A stretch of 64,000 nt of DNA from Mytilus edulis (Eukaryota): assembly GCF_963676685.1 (NCBI RefSeq), contig NC_092348.1, positions 64,852,001 through 64,916,000 of the forward strand, given 5' to 3'. A program made the position numbers and the translations under genes. Below, piece by piece: positions 12,101-22,906 of the stretch. Below the pieces are notes generated by a model. It had not been told where the DNA came from. It did no database searches and saw only the letters and a program-made list of their open reading frames with translations. Every line of letters begins with the position of its first letter. Positions within the stretch are counted from its first letter, which is position 1.

Positions 12101-14612
12101 TTCAACTGATCACATGTACAAAACAGACTGTTTTCAAAGAGGAATCAATAAAATATGTTTCAAAAAATTTCTCCTACCGGCAGCAGAGACACTGAATGAT
12201 ACAAGTTCCAAAAATTTCTTAAATGCACTATGGAGAAAGATCAATAGTGAGGCGGATACAGTTTCTAAATCTCGAAAAAGACGACAGGCACTGTTTGTAC
12301 CAGTCAGACAGGAAATGAGGGCAGAACCATACGAAAACAACTTTCTACGTTATGCACTTGCTGTACGGAGGCTAAAAAATCATTTTGTATGAATAATAAT
12401 TTATTGTAGTTTGTCAAAGTCTTGTTATATGTCTATCGTGTCCCTCTTATTATATATTTTAACATCATGGAGAGGATATTAAGGTGATTGTTTTTAATGT
12501 CCATTCTGGTTATATAGGTGTTTTGAATCATTCAGGTATTTGTACATTCCTGGGTCGCTAATTTAAGCATTGAGTGTTCGTTGTCTAGCTTATTCAAGAA
12601 AAGTGCTTCAAAATCACGAAATTTATAGAGATTTACTTTCAGTTTGAAGTTAAAGGCTAAACTATAAAGCAACAGTCCCATTAATGATTTATTTACGATA
12701 TAGAATTCATATTATATCAACGGAGATATAACTAGGCCATTGTTACAGCAAAATCCCTACTAAAATTTATTGATTACTTAAGTCAAATAACCGATAACAT
12801 TGGAAACAAAAATCGGTTCGAATAAAACAATAAAAACTAGTTCAATCGCGGATCAATAACTGCATATTTTAAAAATTTCAGGGAGTTCGCCCTGATATAA
12901 ATACCTATGAAATAATTGCAAGCATCCATACAGGTAGTGTTCGAGAATATAGAGGGCCGGCTTTTTTTTCATGACACCGAATTTATTTACTGCTGTAAGT
13001 TCATGTTAATTTGATTTTATTGTAGTTTTGTTATTTTACTTCTAGGTACTGACGTTGAGTATCATTTTATTTATATAATAGTCTTACCTTAATTTATCGT
13101 GATACTATTATATTTCCTTGGTCGTATAACTCTTGATGTGGCTTGCTTTTTGTACATTCAGATTTTGAGGTTCTCTGGTTTAGAGGACCGATTCGTATGC
13201 ATGATGTTCTTATAGTGTTGTTTTGATTTTCTATAGCCTTGTTTTGTTATTTAAAATTGGGAGTTAATAAAACGATACACAACACCAGCACCTGGAATCA
13301 AAAATGTCTTTTTGTATTTTTTTTCGTTCTTGTTAACCTCTAATATAAACTGAATAAATTTTATAGTGTGTCACGTATTCAGGACTGTGACGTCGTTCAC
13401 GACCAGAATACTACGTTTTATCGAAAAAAGGCTCACTTCAAGGTAAGTTGACACATACTTTTATTCGTCGATAAAACTGATAAGACAATGGTTATCAATG
13501 TATTGACCTGTTACGTTTATGTTGTATTGAATATCATACTGAATATCAATCGTATTTTCAGCAATGCATCATAAAACACTGTCTTTTTTGTATACATATG
13601 TACATTCAAATAACATCATACTTTAAGTAAGGATTACGTGTCTGTAATATTTATTTTTAATTTTTCAATATACTCTTTTTTATTATAAGGCATACTATTT
13701 TCATCCTTGCTATCTTTTTTTTATAGGTATGAAGCAGCATTACAAACTGTTTTTGGACGAGATGTAACTATTCCGTACTGGAACTCCTCGTTAGATCAGG
13801 CCATGGAAAATCAACAAAGTATGACTTCTATATTTTCAAACAAATATTTTGGAACACCGTTTGGTTATGTTACCGAAGGTTTGTTTGCAAACTTACCCAG
13901 GAAACGAATTATCCGTTGTATTGGTGCAGAAGGAGGTCTTACTTCTAAAAATGCAATTGCAGCTGTTCTATCGAGAACAATCCATAGTCAGATTGTACAA
14001 GATGATCAAAGGAGGTATTTTGTAGAAGGCTATCACAACATTGTTCAACGTTGGGTAGACGGGACAATGGCAGGAAGGCATACTGCTGCATTTTATCCTA
14101 TGTTTTGGTGTCATCATTGTTTTGTTGACTATGTTTGGTAATTATTCAGGAGACGCATAAGAAATGCTCCTGCAGATTATCCTTTATAGGTTTTACATTG
14201 CATCCTTCAGAGGGTCTAATGAATTTTAGTAATTACAGATAACCGACCGAATCCACCGATAACAAATAGAGAAGGTTACAGTAATGTATATGCCCGTCTT
14301 CGACGATATGCACCCACGCCATCATGTCAAAATCAATGTTCAAATAGCCCAGACCTTTATTGTGACAGAAAAAGAGACATATGTATCTCTACAGAGAGAG
14401 TACATGACGAACGATATGCTCAAGATAGGACATCCCTTTGTGATGTCAGTGCGAGTCCTAGTGTTTATGAAGATAGTACAGCAACAATTACCCAATTACA
14501 AAGAATAGAGCAAGCAGTATTACAAGATTTTCCGGCTTGTTCTCCCCTTAAGTTATTTAAGATAAATCAAATCGATCCATACGCTCGTGGAACTTCTATT
14601 TATGATGTTTAA
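9187..14612 (+). pseudogene. Tyrosinase-like pseudogene T2; exons 9187-9207, 12024-12386, 12882-12994, 13727-14612
   Basis: Exon layout and GT-AG sites match T3/T4. Lesions: TGG>TGA at 12972-12974 in the CuA 'WHR' motif; second CuA His>Tyr (REYRG); second CuB His>Gln (YHNIVQRW); GAA>TAA at 14139-14141; frameshifts near 14185-14245. Confidence 0.88.
11695..11904. mobile_element. MITE with TA-flanked TIRs (Tc1/mariner-type signature)
   Basis: tactgtggattcatt ... aatgaatccacagta; second copy at 40444-40661, partial copies at ~6666 and ~17393. Confidence 0.75.
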
Positions 14613-16310
14613 CAGTTGTATCAAAACACAGGGTATATGCCTAATTTGAATCACTGTGTCTTTTTTTCTTTTTTTTCTTTTATATATATTCACATTCCCA
14701 GTATTAAGCTGCTAAACTTAAGTAAGGAAGTGTTAGCCATATCATAGAATTTTGTTTATTGGAGTTAAACAAGTTCAAAATTGATCAGGAATAATAATAC
14801 AATCTTATGGAGTTATGATAATTGTGAGTTTCGTTTTGCTTTTTTTTTGAAAAAAAAACATTGAACGGCAAAATTGTTTTATATTTCTTCATATATGACG
14901 TTTATATTTTATGATGTCAAACACGCAAAGCAATGCATGTGGTTTTTAAATTTGATACATCCTTTTTGTGCTTTTTTTGTTGAATATTTGTTTGTTTTAA
15001 GATTGTGGCACAGTGATGACTGATTACCCATATTTTGACTATTTTACCTATTATGTCTGTTTTGTTCACGCATCGTTGTATAAAATGGAATTTGATGCGA
15101 TTGTCATTCAAGTGAGAGGTTTAGCGCTATAAAACCAGGTTCATTCAAACATTTTCTACATTTGAAAATGCCTGATCCAAGTCAGGAATATGACTGTTGT
15201 TGTCCATTCGTTTGATGTGTTTTATCATTTGATTTTACCATTAAATTATGGACCTTCCGATTTGAATTTTCCTCGAAGTTCAGTATTTTGTTGTGATTAA
15301 AAATTAAACTAAAGTAAATAGATAAATGCATTTTTTTCGATTTTCTTTTGTAGTTCAACGAGCAAAGGTTGTATGCAACATTTTAGCAAAATATGCAACA
15401 TAGCCCATTTACTGCTACTTGACCTTAAGTTTGTTTATTCTACAAAATGTTAGCTTTCAAAACTCTTCAATCAAGTTAGACTATTTCATGTTGCCAAGTG
15501 GAAACATTTTCTTCCGTATAACCGTAAATCATATCACATGATTACTTTTAAAGAACTAAACAGATAATTAATATTTCATTAAAAACTGTTTATTGCGCAA
15601 TGTGCTGTCAGTGCATCTTTCTAAGATAAAGTTAACTGTATTAAAATAGATCTACACACTGAGTGCAAATGATCTAAAAGCACAAAAGTGATAAGAAAAA
15701 AGATATCAAGATTTCAAGAAATCGAAAAATAATAAATAATTACATAGATATTTAGGCTGTACAATTTTAATTTTATGAATAGTAAAATACATAGAGGTAA
15801 CATAAATTAAACATTGGCTTTTTATATCATATTGACATTGATAAAGAATCATAAAACGGTTTTGTAAAATAAGTATTTAACTAAACAATATAGATACAAC
15901 AAAAAAATCATATTTTGTTCTTCAAAACGCTAGAAACATTTGTGAGTCGAAAGACCTTTTCTAAATTTATCTTCATCTATTTACTCAACGATATATTTCA
16001 CCGTGTTTTCATTGATTTAAAAAAAAAAATTCAAGAATTAAAATTTGGCCTAGTGCTTGCTGTAGATATGCTTATCAACATGCCATTGGGATGCTGTTAA
16101 ATATGTACCATAAATATGATATCTAGTTTTTATGTTTCATCGCATAGGAAAATCATGTTGTGATTTTGTGTACTATTGTTTGTCTGTTAATCGTTTTTAT
16201 TAGCGCGAAATTTGATTAAGTCCTCGGGATCTGCAGATTTCACCACACTACCTCTATGATAACTATCCAATTGGGAAAGTCAAACTTTAAACAATAACAT
16301 AAACAAATAA

Positions 16311-16880
16311 AGGAGAAGGTCCAGTAAGGGTCGATTGATAAATCTAAAATTTCAGGTTCATCGGACGAAAAATTTTAGACACTTTTTTACACTTAAGTGT
16401 CTATATCTGTTGATTCAATTAGTTTATGTGAAGGATTGTAACTGATTTAGTCATTAAAAACGCAACGATTCAAGCTTAGATATGAAAAATCTATCAAATA
16501 TGCAAAAAAATGTAACTTTTCAGATGGTTGTTGTTAAAAATGGAAGTGGGCGCATCCGTGTTCATCCTCAATCTTTATATATGTTATATATTATCATCAA
16601 ATACAATTTACATTTCAATATTAAGAATGAACACAAATGCGTCACTTTCATTTAAGACGGAAACCGTCTAAAATTTAACTATAATGCTAAAATTGTGAAG
16701 ATTTCTGTAATTTAGCATGACTTAATGATATATATGCATTGTATTGTAAATAAAACAGCCCATATTTATGTAGCAGAAGCATTCTTCTTTCCAATAAATA
16801 CCGAATAGTTTACATTTCATCTTTTTTTGTTAAACTGCTATATTTTGGTGCCAAAAAGGGGTCTTACTGGACCTACTTCT
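16311..16880. mobile_element. Non-autonomous TIR element (Kolobok-like termini)
   Basis: TIRs aggagaaggtccagtaag / cttactggacctacttct, with degenerate TTAA-like flanks. Confidence 0.6.
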
Positions 16881-17099
16881 TTGACTTTCGGATGCAATCA
16901 AACGGTTAAGTTGGTAGACTCTGAATAATTTATGATTTAACGGAACGAGTGGATAGCCATTTGGTTTACATCAAAATCAATCGAGTGGGTTAGAATCGGT
17001 TGTAATGCCTTCACAAGTTCTGAAAAAAAGTTTCAGTTTTTTAATTTAACCTATCTTATATGTTACAGATATACATGTCAAAACATAAACATTAGTTGA

Positions 17100-17310
17100 C
17101 CAAATCATTCTAAGAGGTCAATTTTCAATAAAAATGTTTCCTTAAATCTTTTTGTTTTTCTAATTGTGAATTCTCGTGTTAATTCACCTAGTCAATCAAA
17201 ACAACACTTATCAATACATGTAGCAATGCATAATTTTATTTAATTTAACATACTGAATGTCGATTGAATCATAATCCTGCAACTATTTTAGCACAATCAT
17301 AACTTTAAAA
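17100..17310 (+). pseudogene. Orphan tyrosinase promoter remnant with no coding exons downstream
   Basis: Aligns by eye to 35400-35578 and 22720-22870, then stops at the TATA-like ctttaaaa. It is preceded (~15575-15750) by the distal block also seen at ~18530-18920 and ~31465-31850. Confidence 0.55.
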
Positions 17311-19376
17311 AATTAGGTGAAATTCAAGGAAAAGAAGGATTGGATTATGATATCGACGATTTGAATTTTTTATTCGTCATCTTATAATCAGGTACTGTGG
17401 TTTCATTATTTTTCGTTAGATAACAATTTTCGTGGATTTCGTGGGTACAGGTGAACCACGAATGATAAATTTTTCAAAGACTTGCATGCAGACTTTGGTA
17501 GAAACACGAAATTAAATGTCAACGAAAGTCCAAGTTTTGTTAAATCCACGCAACGATCAATCAAATCAAATCGGGATAGGGTCCGTAAAATAGGTTCGAA
17601 GGAATGTTACTTCACCATTTTGACGCTTGGTTTAATAGCTTCCTTGTAAGCAGCAACCCTCTATCAAAATAGCATGATAGCATTGTCAAACAACAACCTT
17701 GGCATAAGAAAATACGGAAGTTGACATGGAATATTTATCAGTAAGGTCTTGTTGTCATCTTATGATTTATTTTAAGAAATAAGGACGATACGTTCTTTGA
17801 CATTACCCTTGACCATCAACTTTCTGCTCAGACACTGATGAAGTTGGTTAGTTGGTCGCAATAGTTTTAAGTTCGTTAAGGTTGCATTTTTGTAATTGGC
17901 TGCTCCATAGGCTTACATGAAAAACAGCTGATCTTTGAAAATAAAAAAAATAAATAAAAATGCTACATAGAAAACAAATGTCATGTTCATATCATGTATG
18001 TACTAATGTGAAATTGTGATTTAATAAAAAAAAAGTGGGTCATGCCACGAAGAATAAAAAGTTACGTAACTCTGAAGTCAAAACATTTTCTACTTTCTGT
18101 TTGCTGCCTTACTAGGCCGCACCACTTCCAGTAAACCTGATATCCCTCCACTTTCCTGGATTGACTATTTTGTTTCCCTCCATGTTTTGACATGCACCGG
18201 AAACTGGAGTTGTAATACAAGACTTGTACCTTAAACTGCATAAATCATTATAGTGCATGTGTCAAAGGTCAGAAACTAAGCCAAATAAGATACGAAGTGT
18301 TCGGTGTAAATTGTAGGTCCAAACGCACGGAAATATTTAGCTTTTCGATTTTTTCATTCCACAGTAGAATATTATATTGCAAAATGCCTGCATATGAGTA
18401 TCAACAGATTGTCGCACCACAAGTGTCATTGCATATGTTTATTGAATATGCATATTCATTCTATTTATGATTTAGTGACAGTTTACATATCAATAGTACG
18501 TTCCTGTAAAACGCTTAGTCAGTAAAACTACATAAATACAACAACATTTTATTTCTCTGCAAAATGTTAAAAAAAATAAAACTCATCAATCATAGTTAAC
18601 ATTCATTATGTTGTTAAACTGAATTAAACTATTCTGTGTTTAGTAATGATTAATTTTAACAACCTCAAAATGATTGATACTTTTACAATTATATTTTGAC
18701 AATGTGATTAAAATTTGATATTTAAAATTTTTATAAGTACATTTACACGTTATTCGGTAAATCGTTCGTGCTGAAATTGCAATATCCTTACGTAATCGAT
18801 TGCAAAAAGAAAAAGCATATCACTACAAATTCTTTAAATGTTTAAAACTGCTAATGAGGAAGATATCAGACAACATTCAAAGAGTTGAAAATGAATAAAT
18901 TAATAATTGCTGGACAAAACTCGATCCTCTGAGGCTTTTCCAAATTTACCTGCATCTAAAAAAACACTAAAATCTACTCATTTGAAATCCAGGGATATAT
19001 ATGTAGAAACGGTAGGATCTTTTTGACAAAATATTCATCAAAGATTAACTTTGCTTAATTGAATTGAAAACATTTTTTAAAAGAGAGACTACATATACCA
19101 AATGACAGAGACGAGCTGACAAAATCCTGACAAAAAACCAATAACAGCGAAATAATTGGAAAAAAACGAACAACTATACAAAACACAACATGGAGAACCA
19201 AATAAAAAGAATGAGCAAAACGAACCCTACCATAAACCGTGAATAATCCCATGTGCCTTGAAGGGATATCAGATCCTGGCACCAGTCATTTTGCTGATAT
19301 AACTACAAATAATAAGTTACAGGTAAGTTTCATTCAAGAATGTCACATTTGAAGAAAAAAAGACGGTATCATAAAT

Positions 19377-21205
19377 AAGAGGGACGAAAGATACCAGAGG
19401 GACAGTCAAACTTATAAGTCGATAATAAACTGACAACGACTAGATAAAAATGATAAAAGACAAACAGACAAACAATTGAACATATACCACAACATAGAAA
19501 ACTAAAGAATAAGCAACACGAACCCCACTAAAAACTAGGGGTGATCTCAGGTGCTCCGGAAGGGTAAGCAGATCCTGCTCCAGATGTGAATCCCGTCGTG
19601 TTGCTTATGTAATAACAAATCCGGTAAATAGTCTAACTCGGTAGGTCACATTCATGAAAGGGAAGGGGGTTGTAGTTACGACGTAAGGAACATATCCGAT
19701 ATCATTTGTGAAACGGTTATTCCATTACGGTCAACCAACTCGTGATGGCGTCCGTAAAATTTACGAAGGGATGATTTCAACTTCACCATTTGGAACTCTT
19801 GGTTAGATAGCTTCCGTATGAGCAGCAACCTCTATCAAGAAAATAATGATAGGAAATGCAAGCACGGGAATATCGTATCAATTGGGAGATATATGCAAGT
19901 GCTGATGGAATGTTGCTACTTAGAAATGGAAAGTTCACAATTGGAAAGCTTAAATCATCTCTTTCGTCGTAAAGTTTTGTTTTCAACCGACCTTCATTGT
20001 CAATTTCTATTTGTAAGTCAAGATATGAGACCGACTTAACTGTATCTGTTGTATCCTTTATCTCTAGTTCGATGGGATAGATGCGTTCAAAATAGTCACA
20101 AATTTTTAATTATATAGTGAAAGAACGTCATCTGTATAGCGGAAAGAAGAGTTAAAAAGGATATTGCTAAATTCTTATCTTTCTTCCTAAGAAGTTCCTG
20201 TATGAGGTCAGCCTCATAATGATAAAGAAAAAAGTCGGCAAGAAGAGGGGCCGACAGTTTGTTGAAAAACACATCCTCTGAACGTAACAAATATGTTGTT
20301 GTTAATAAAAAAAATCAAGCATCTTGATAATGTCAGTGTCAGAGAATTTTTTGTTTGAATAGGAGTGATCCTTTACCAAGTAGGATTTATCCCTCTGTTA
20401 GACAAGATACTTGTACCTACGTTGCCCATTCTTTTTTTATGAAACAAAGCAATACCAACTCTTTAAATTTGTCTTATAGTTTGGAATATGGAATACTTGT
20501 GTTAAGTTTAGAAAAGTCAAATGTGTTAATAGTATTGCAAGATGAAAGAGAGTTAGATTGTATGTAGTCTAAAAGATCTTTGGAATTTTTAAGTATCCAC
20601 ATCTGATTCACGTCACCTCTAGAATAGCCAGTTTCACATAACTTTGAAGCCCGTCTTAGATTGCTGATAAAAGTTAATAATTTAGAAAGAGGTTTCGTGG
20701 AGCACTTGGAAGACCCAGCAATATACCGTTGCTTGTAAGGACACTTATGTAGTTTAGGTATCCAATACAGTGACGGAAGATCAAGTTCTTCGGTTTTGGT
20801 TGAAATTCCAAAAGAACAGAGAAAAACAGACCTATGATTATCCAGGATTTCCTCATCGGTAAGTGTCATGAGGGTATATGTTGAGTTTCCAAGTAAATTG
20901 TCAATACCTAATTCGTTTATCAAGCAGTTAATGTAATGAGTTTTACACACAAAAACGATTTTGTTTAGGGCTTTATCTGCGGGGACAACAACATATTTGT
21001 CACGGACGTAGGATAAGTGTTTTGTAACATTTTGGTCTTTAAAGGTTGATGTAGCATGAGCATTGATAGACTCAATCATTTTTTAATTCTGATTTGTATC
21101 AACGACCTCACTGCCTTAATCCATTCGGAAAGAGTGTCTATGTCTTCCTTCTCGCGCTTAGCCATTGCCTGGCATAATCCTCGACCGAATCCATCACAAT
21201 TTTTA
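19377..21205 (-). mobile_element. 5'-truncated, decayed Penelope-like retroelement (RT plus 3' UTR; no C-terminal endonuclease, as in the Naiad/Chlamys type)
   Basis: Fragments VVVPADKA, LPSLYWIPKLHKCPYKQRYIAGS, MWILKNSK, TFDFSKL..SIP, APLLADFFL, LYDERDDLSFPIVNFPFLSSNIP, YISQLIRYSRAC; many frameshifts. 3' UTR copies at ~40020-40372, 38720-38900(-) and 49950-50230. Confidence 0.85.
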
Positions 21206-22699
21206 ATACAACCTGTTCGGCAAATTTTTGTTTTTGAAGTTTATAATTTTGGTGTTTTGTTGTCGTTAATACAACAGGCGACTGGCGTAAATTTATGTGA
21301 GGTGTCCGTTGTTATGCTGTGTTTTAGATGTTGTAATGTTCTATTATATTATTGATGTATGTATTTTTCTATCCGGAGTGTTCTTGCATTTATTAATACT
21401 GTCAAATAGTGTTGTCAATCTAGCCAAATTCTTTACAGTGCCATATCGTAGTAAGCGGGAGGTTTAACAAGCCTTTAAACCGTGTTCAACCTTCAATTTC
21501 TACATGAAATGTCCTTCAAAAAGTCAGGAATATTGTAGTTGTTATCAAATAAAATTGAGAATGGAAATGGGGAATGTGTCAAAGAGACAACAACCTGACC
21601 ATAGAACAGACAACAGCCGAAGGCCACCAATGGGTCTTCAATGCAGCGGGAAACTCCCGCACCCATTGGAGTCCTTCAGCTGGCCCCTAAACAAATATAA
21701 TACTAGTTCAGTGATAAAGTAGTCTGTTTCTAAGAACTATTGGTGGAGGTTGTCGGAGTCCTCATAAAGCGCATATGAACTTCGGCAGAAAAATTGACAA
21801 TCCTTGTCAGTAAAGATCTGAGTCGCACGTAAAATTACTTTGTTGAATTTCAAACTATCAATTAACAGAAAGTGGCTGTACGACAGATGTTAAAGTGTCT
21901 TACTCGCTACAACTCCATGTAACATAAACAAGCTGTAGACCAAATAGGAATTCATATCCTTTCATAGAAACCAAAGCAACTTTCACGCAAGTTTCATTCG
22001 GATGGACATACTGATTGACGGACGGACTGAAAGATGGACGGACAGACGGATTTGGCCTTCTGTTGTTTGGTGTTCTTTGGTCGGGTTGTTGTCTCTTTGA
22101 CCCATTTCCCATTCCATTCTCAATTTTGACATCTCTTTCTACATGATTTTAAATCAAAATGTCATTAATTATCAGAGATGTTTGTTACGTATCAACAATT
22201 ATCGACATTTTAAATGCTTATAAAAACATTTCAAGGATCCCAGCATATTTAGCAATGCTGTAGTCAGTTTGTCATCATATTTTATGTTTAATTATACCTT
22301 TATATATTTCTTCCATTCTTTTTCAACATTTATTTATGAAAAGTTACTTCGTTACCTCTTTTATTGTATAAAGAAAAAATGACATAGAATTGTCTAAACA
22401 AATTTGGAAGCAAGTCAGGAGCCTGTTTATGTGTTATATATTTGATTTTCGTTTATTTTTGTACATAAATAAGGCCGTTTGTATTCTCGTTTGAATTGTT
22501 TGACATTGTTAGTTCTGGGCCTTTTATAGCTGACTTTGCGGTATGGGCTTTGCTCATTGTTGAAGCCATACGGTGGCCTATAGTTGTTTATTTCTGTGTC
22601 GTTTTGGTCTCTTGTTGAGAGTTGTCTCATTGGCAATCAAACCACATCTTCTTTTTTTTTAAATCAAATTATTTCACAAATCCTGATAAAAAATTTCAA

Positions 22700-22906
22700 A
22701 AAATGTACATTTTCTTCCAAAGTATGTTGTTCTGCATTCTCTTGTGTATTTATTTAGTCGATCAAAATCAGACCGAAATTTACATGTAACAGTACATCAC
22801 TTAATTTACATATGAAATAAATTAATTATAATTATGTAACTATTTCATCAAAATATATACTTCTAAAAAGCATTCATTCTGGAGCTTTCCTTGAATAAGT
22901 TGCAGG
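22700..22906 (+). promoter_or_regulatory. Proximal promoter/5'UTR block of T3, homologous to ~8920-9186 (T2), ~35390-35615 (T4) and ~17100-17310 (orphan)
   Basis: Alignable non-coding block with motif TAGT(C/A)(A/G)ATCAAAA (22755, 9005, 17189, 35461) about 150-180 nt before the ATG, and a TATA-like (C/T)TAAAA about 40-45 nt before the ATG. Confidence 0.6.

Noticed and set aside
12972-12974. In-frame TGA in T2 as possible selenocysteine or readthrough
   Set aside because: It replaces a conserved Trp, and the gene also has a TAA, frameshifts and two lost copper His.
17313-17365. Apparent decayed exon 1 (atgatatcgacg) after the orphan promoter
   Set aside because: The segment aligns better with the TE-like sequence at ~38992-39040 and lacks a donor site.
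19605-19660. SECIS-like ATGA...AA...GA in the Penelope-like 3' UTR
   Set aside because: The upper stem pairs poorly by eye, and I found no in-frame TGA at a Cys position in the RT fragments; SECISearch would be needed.
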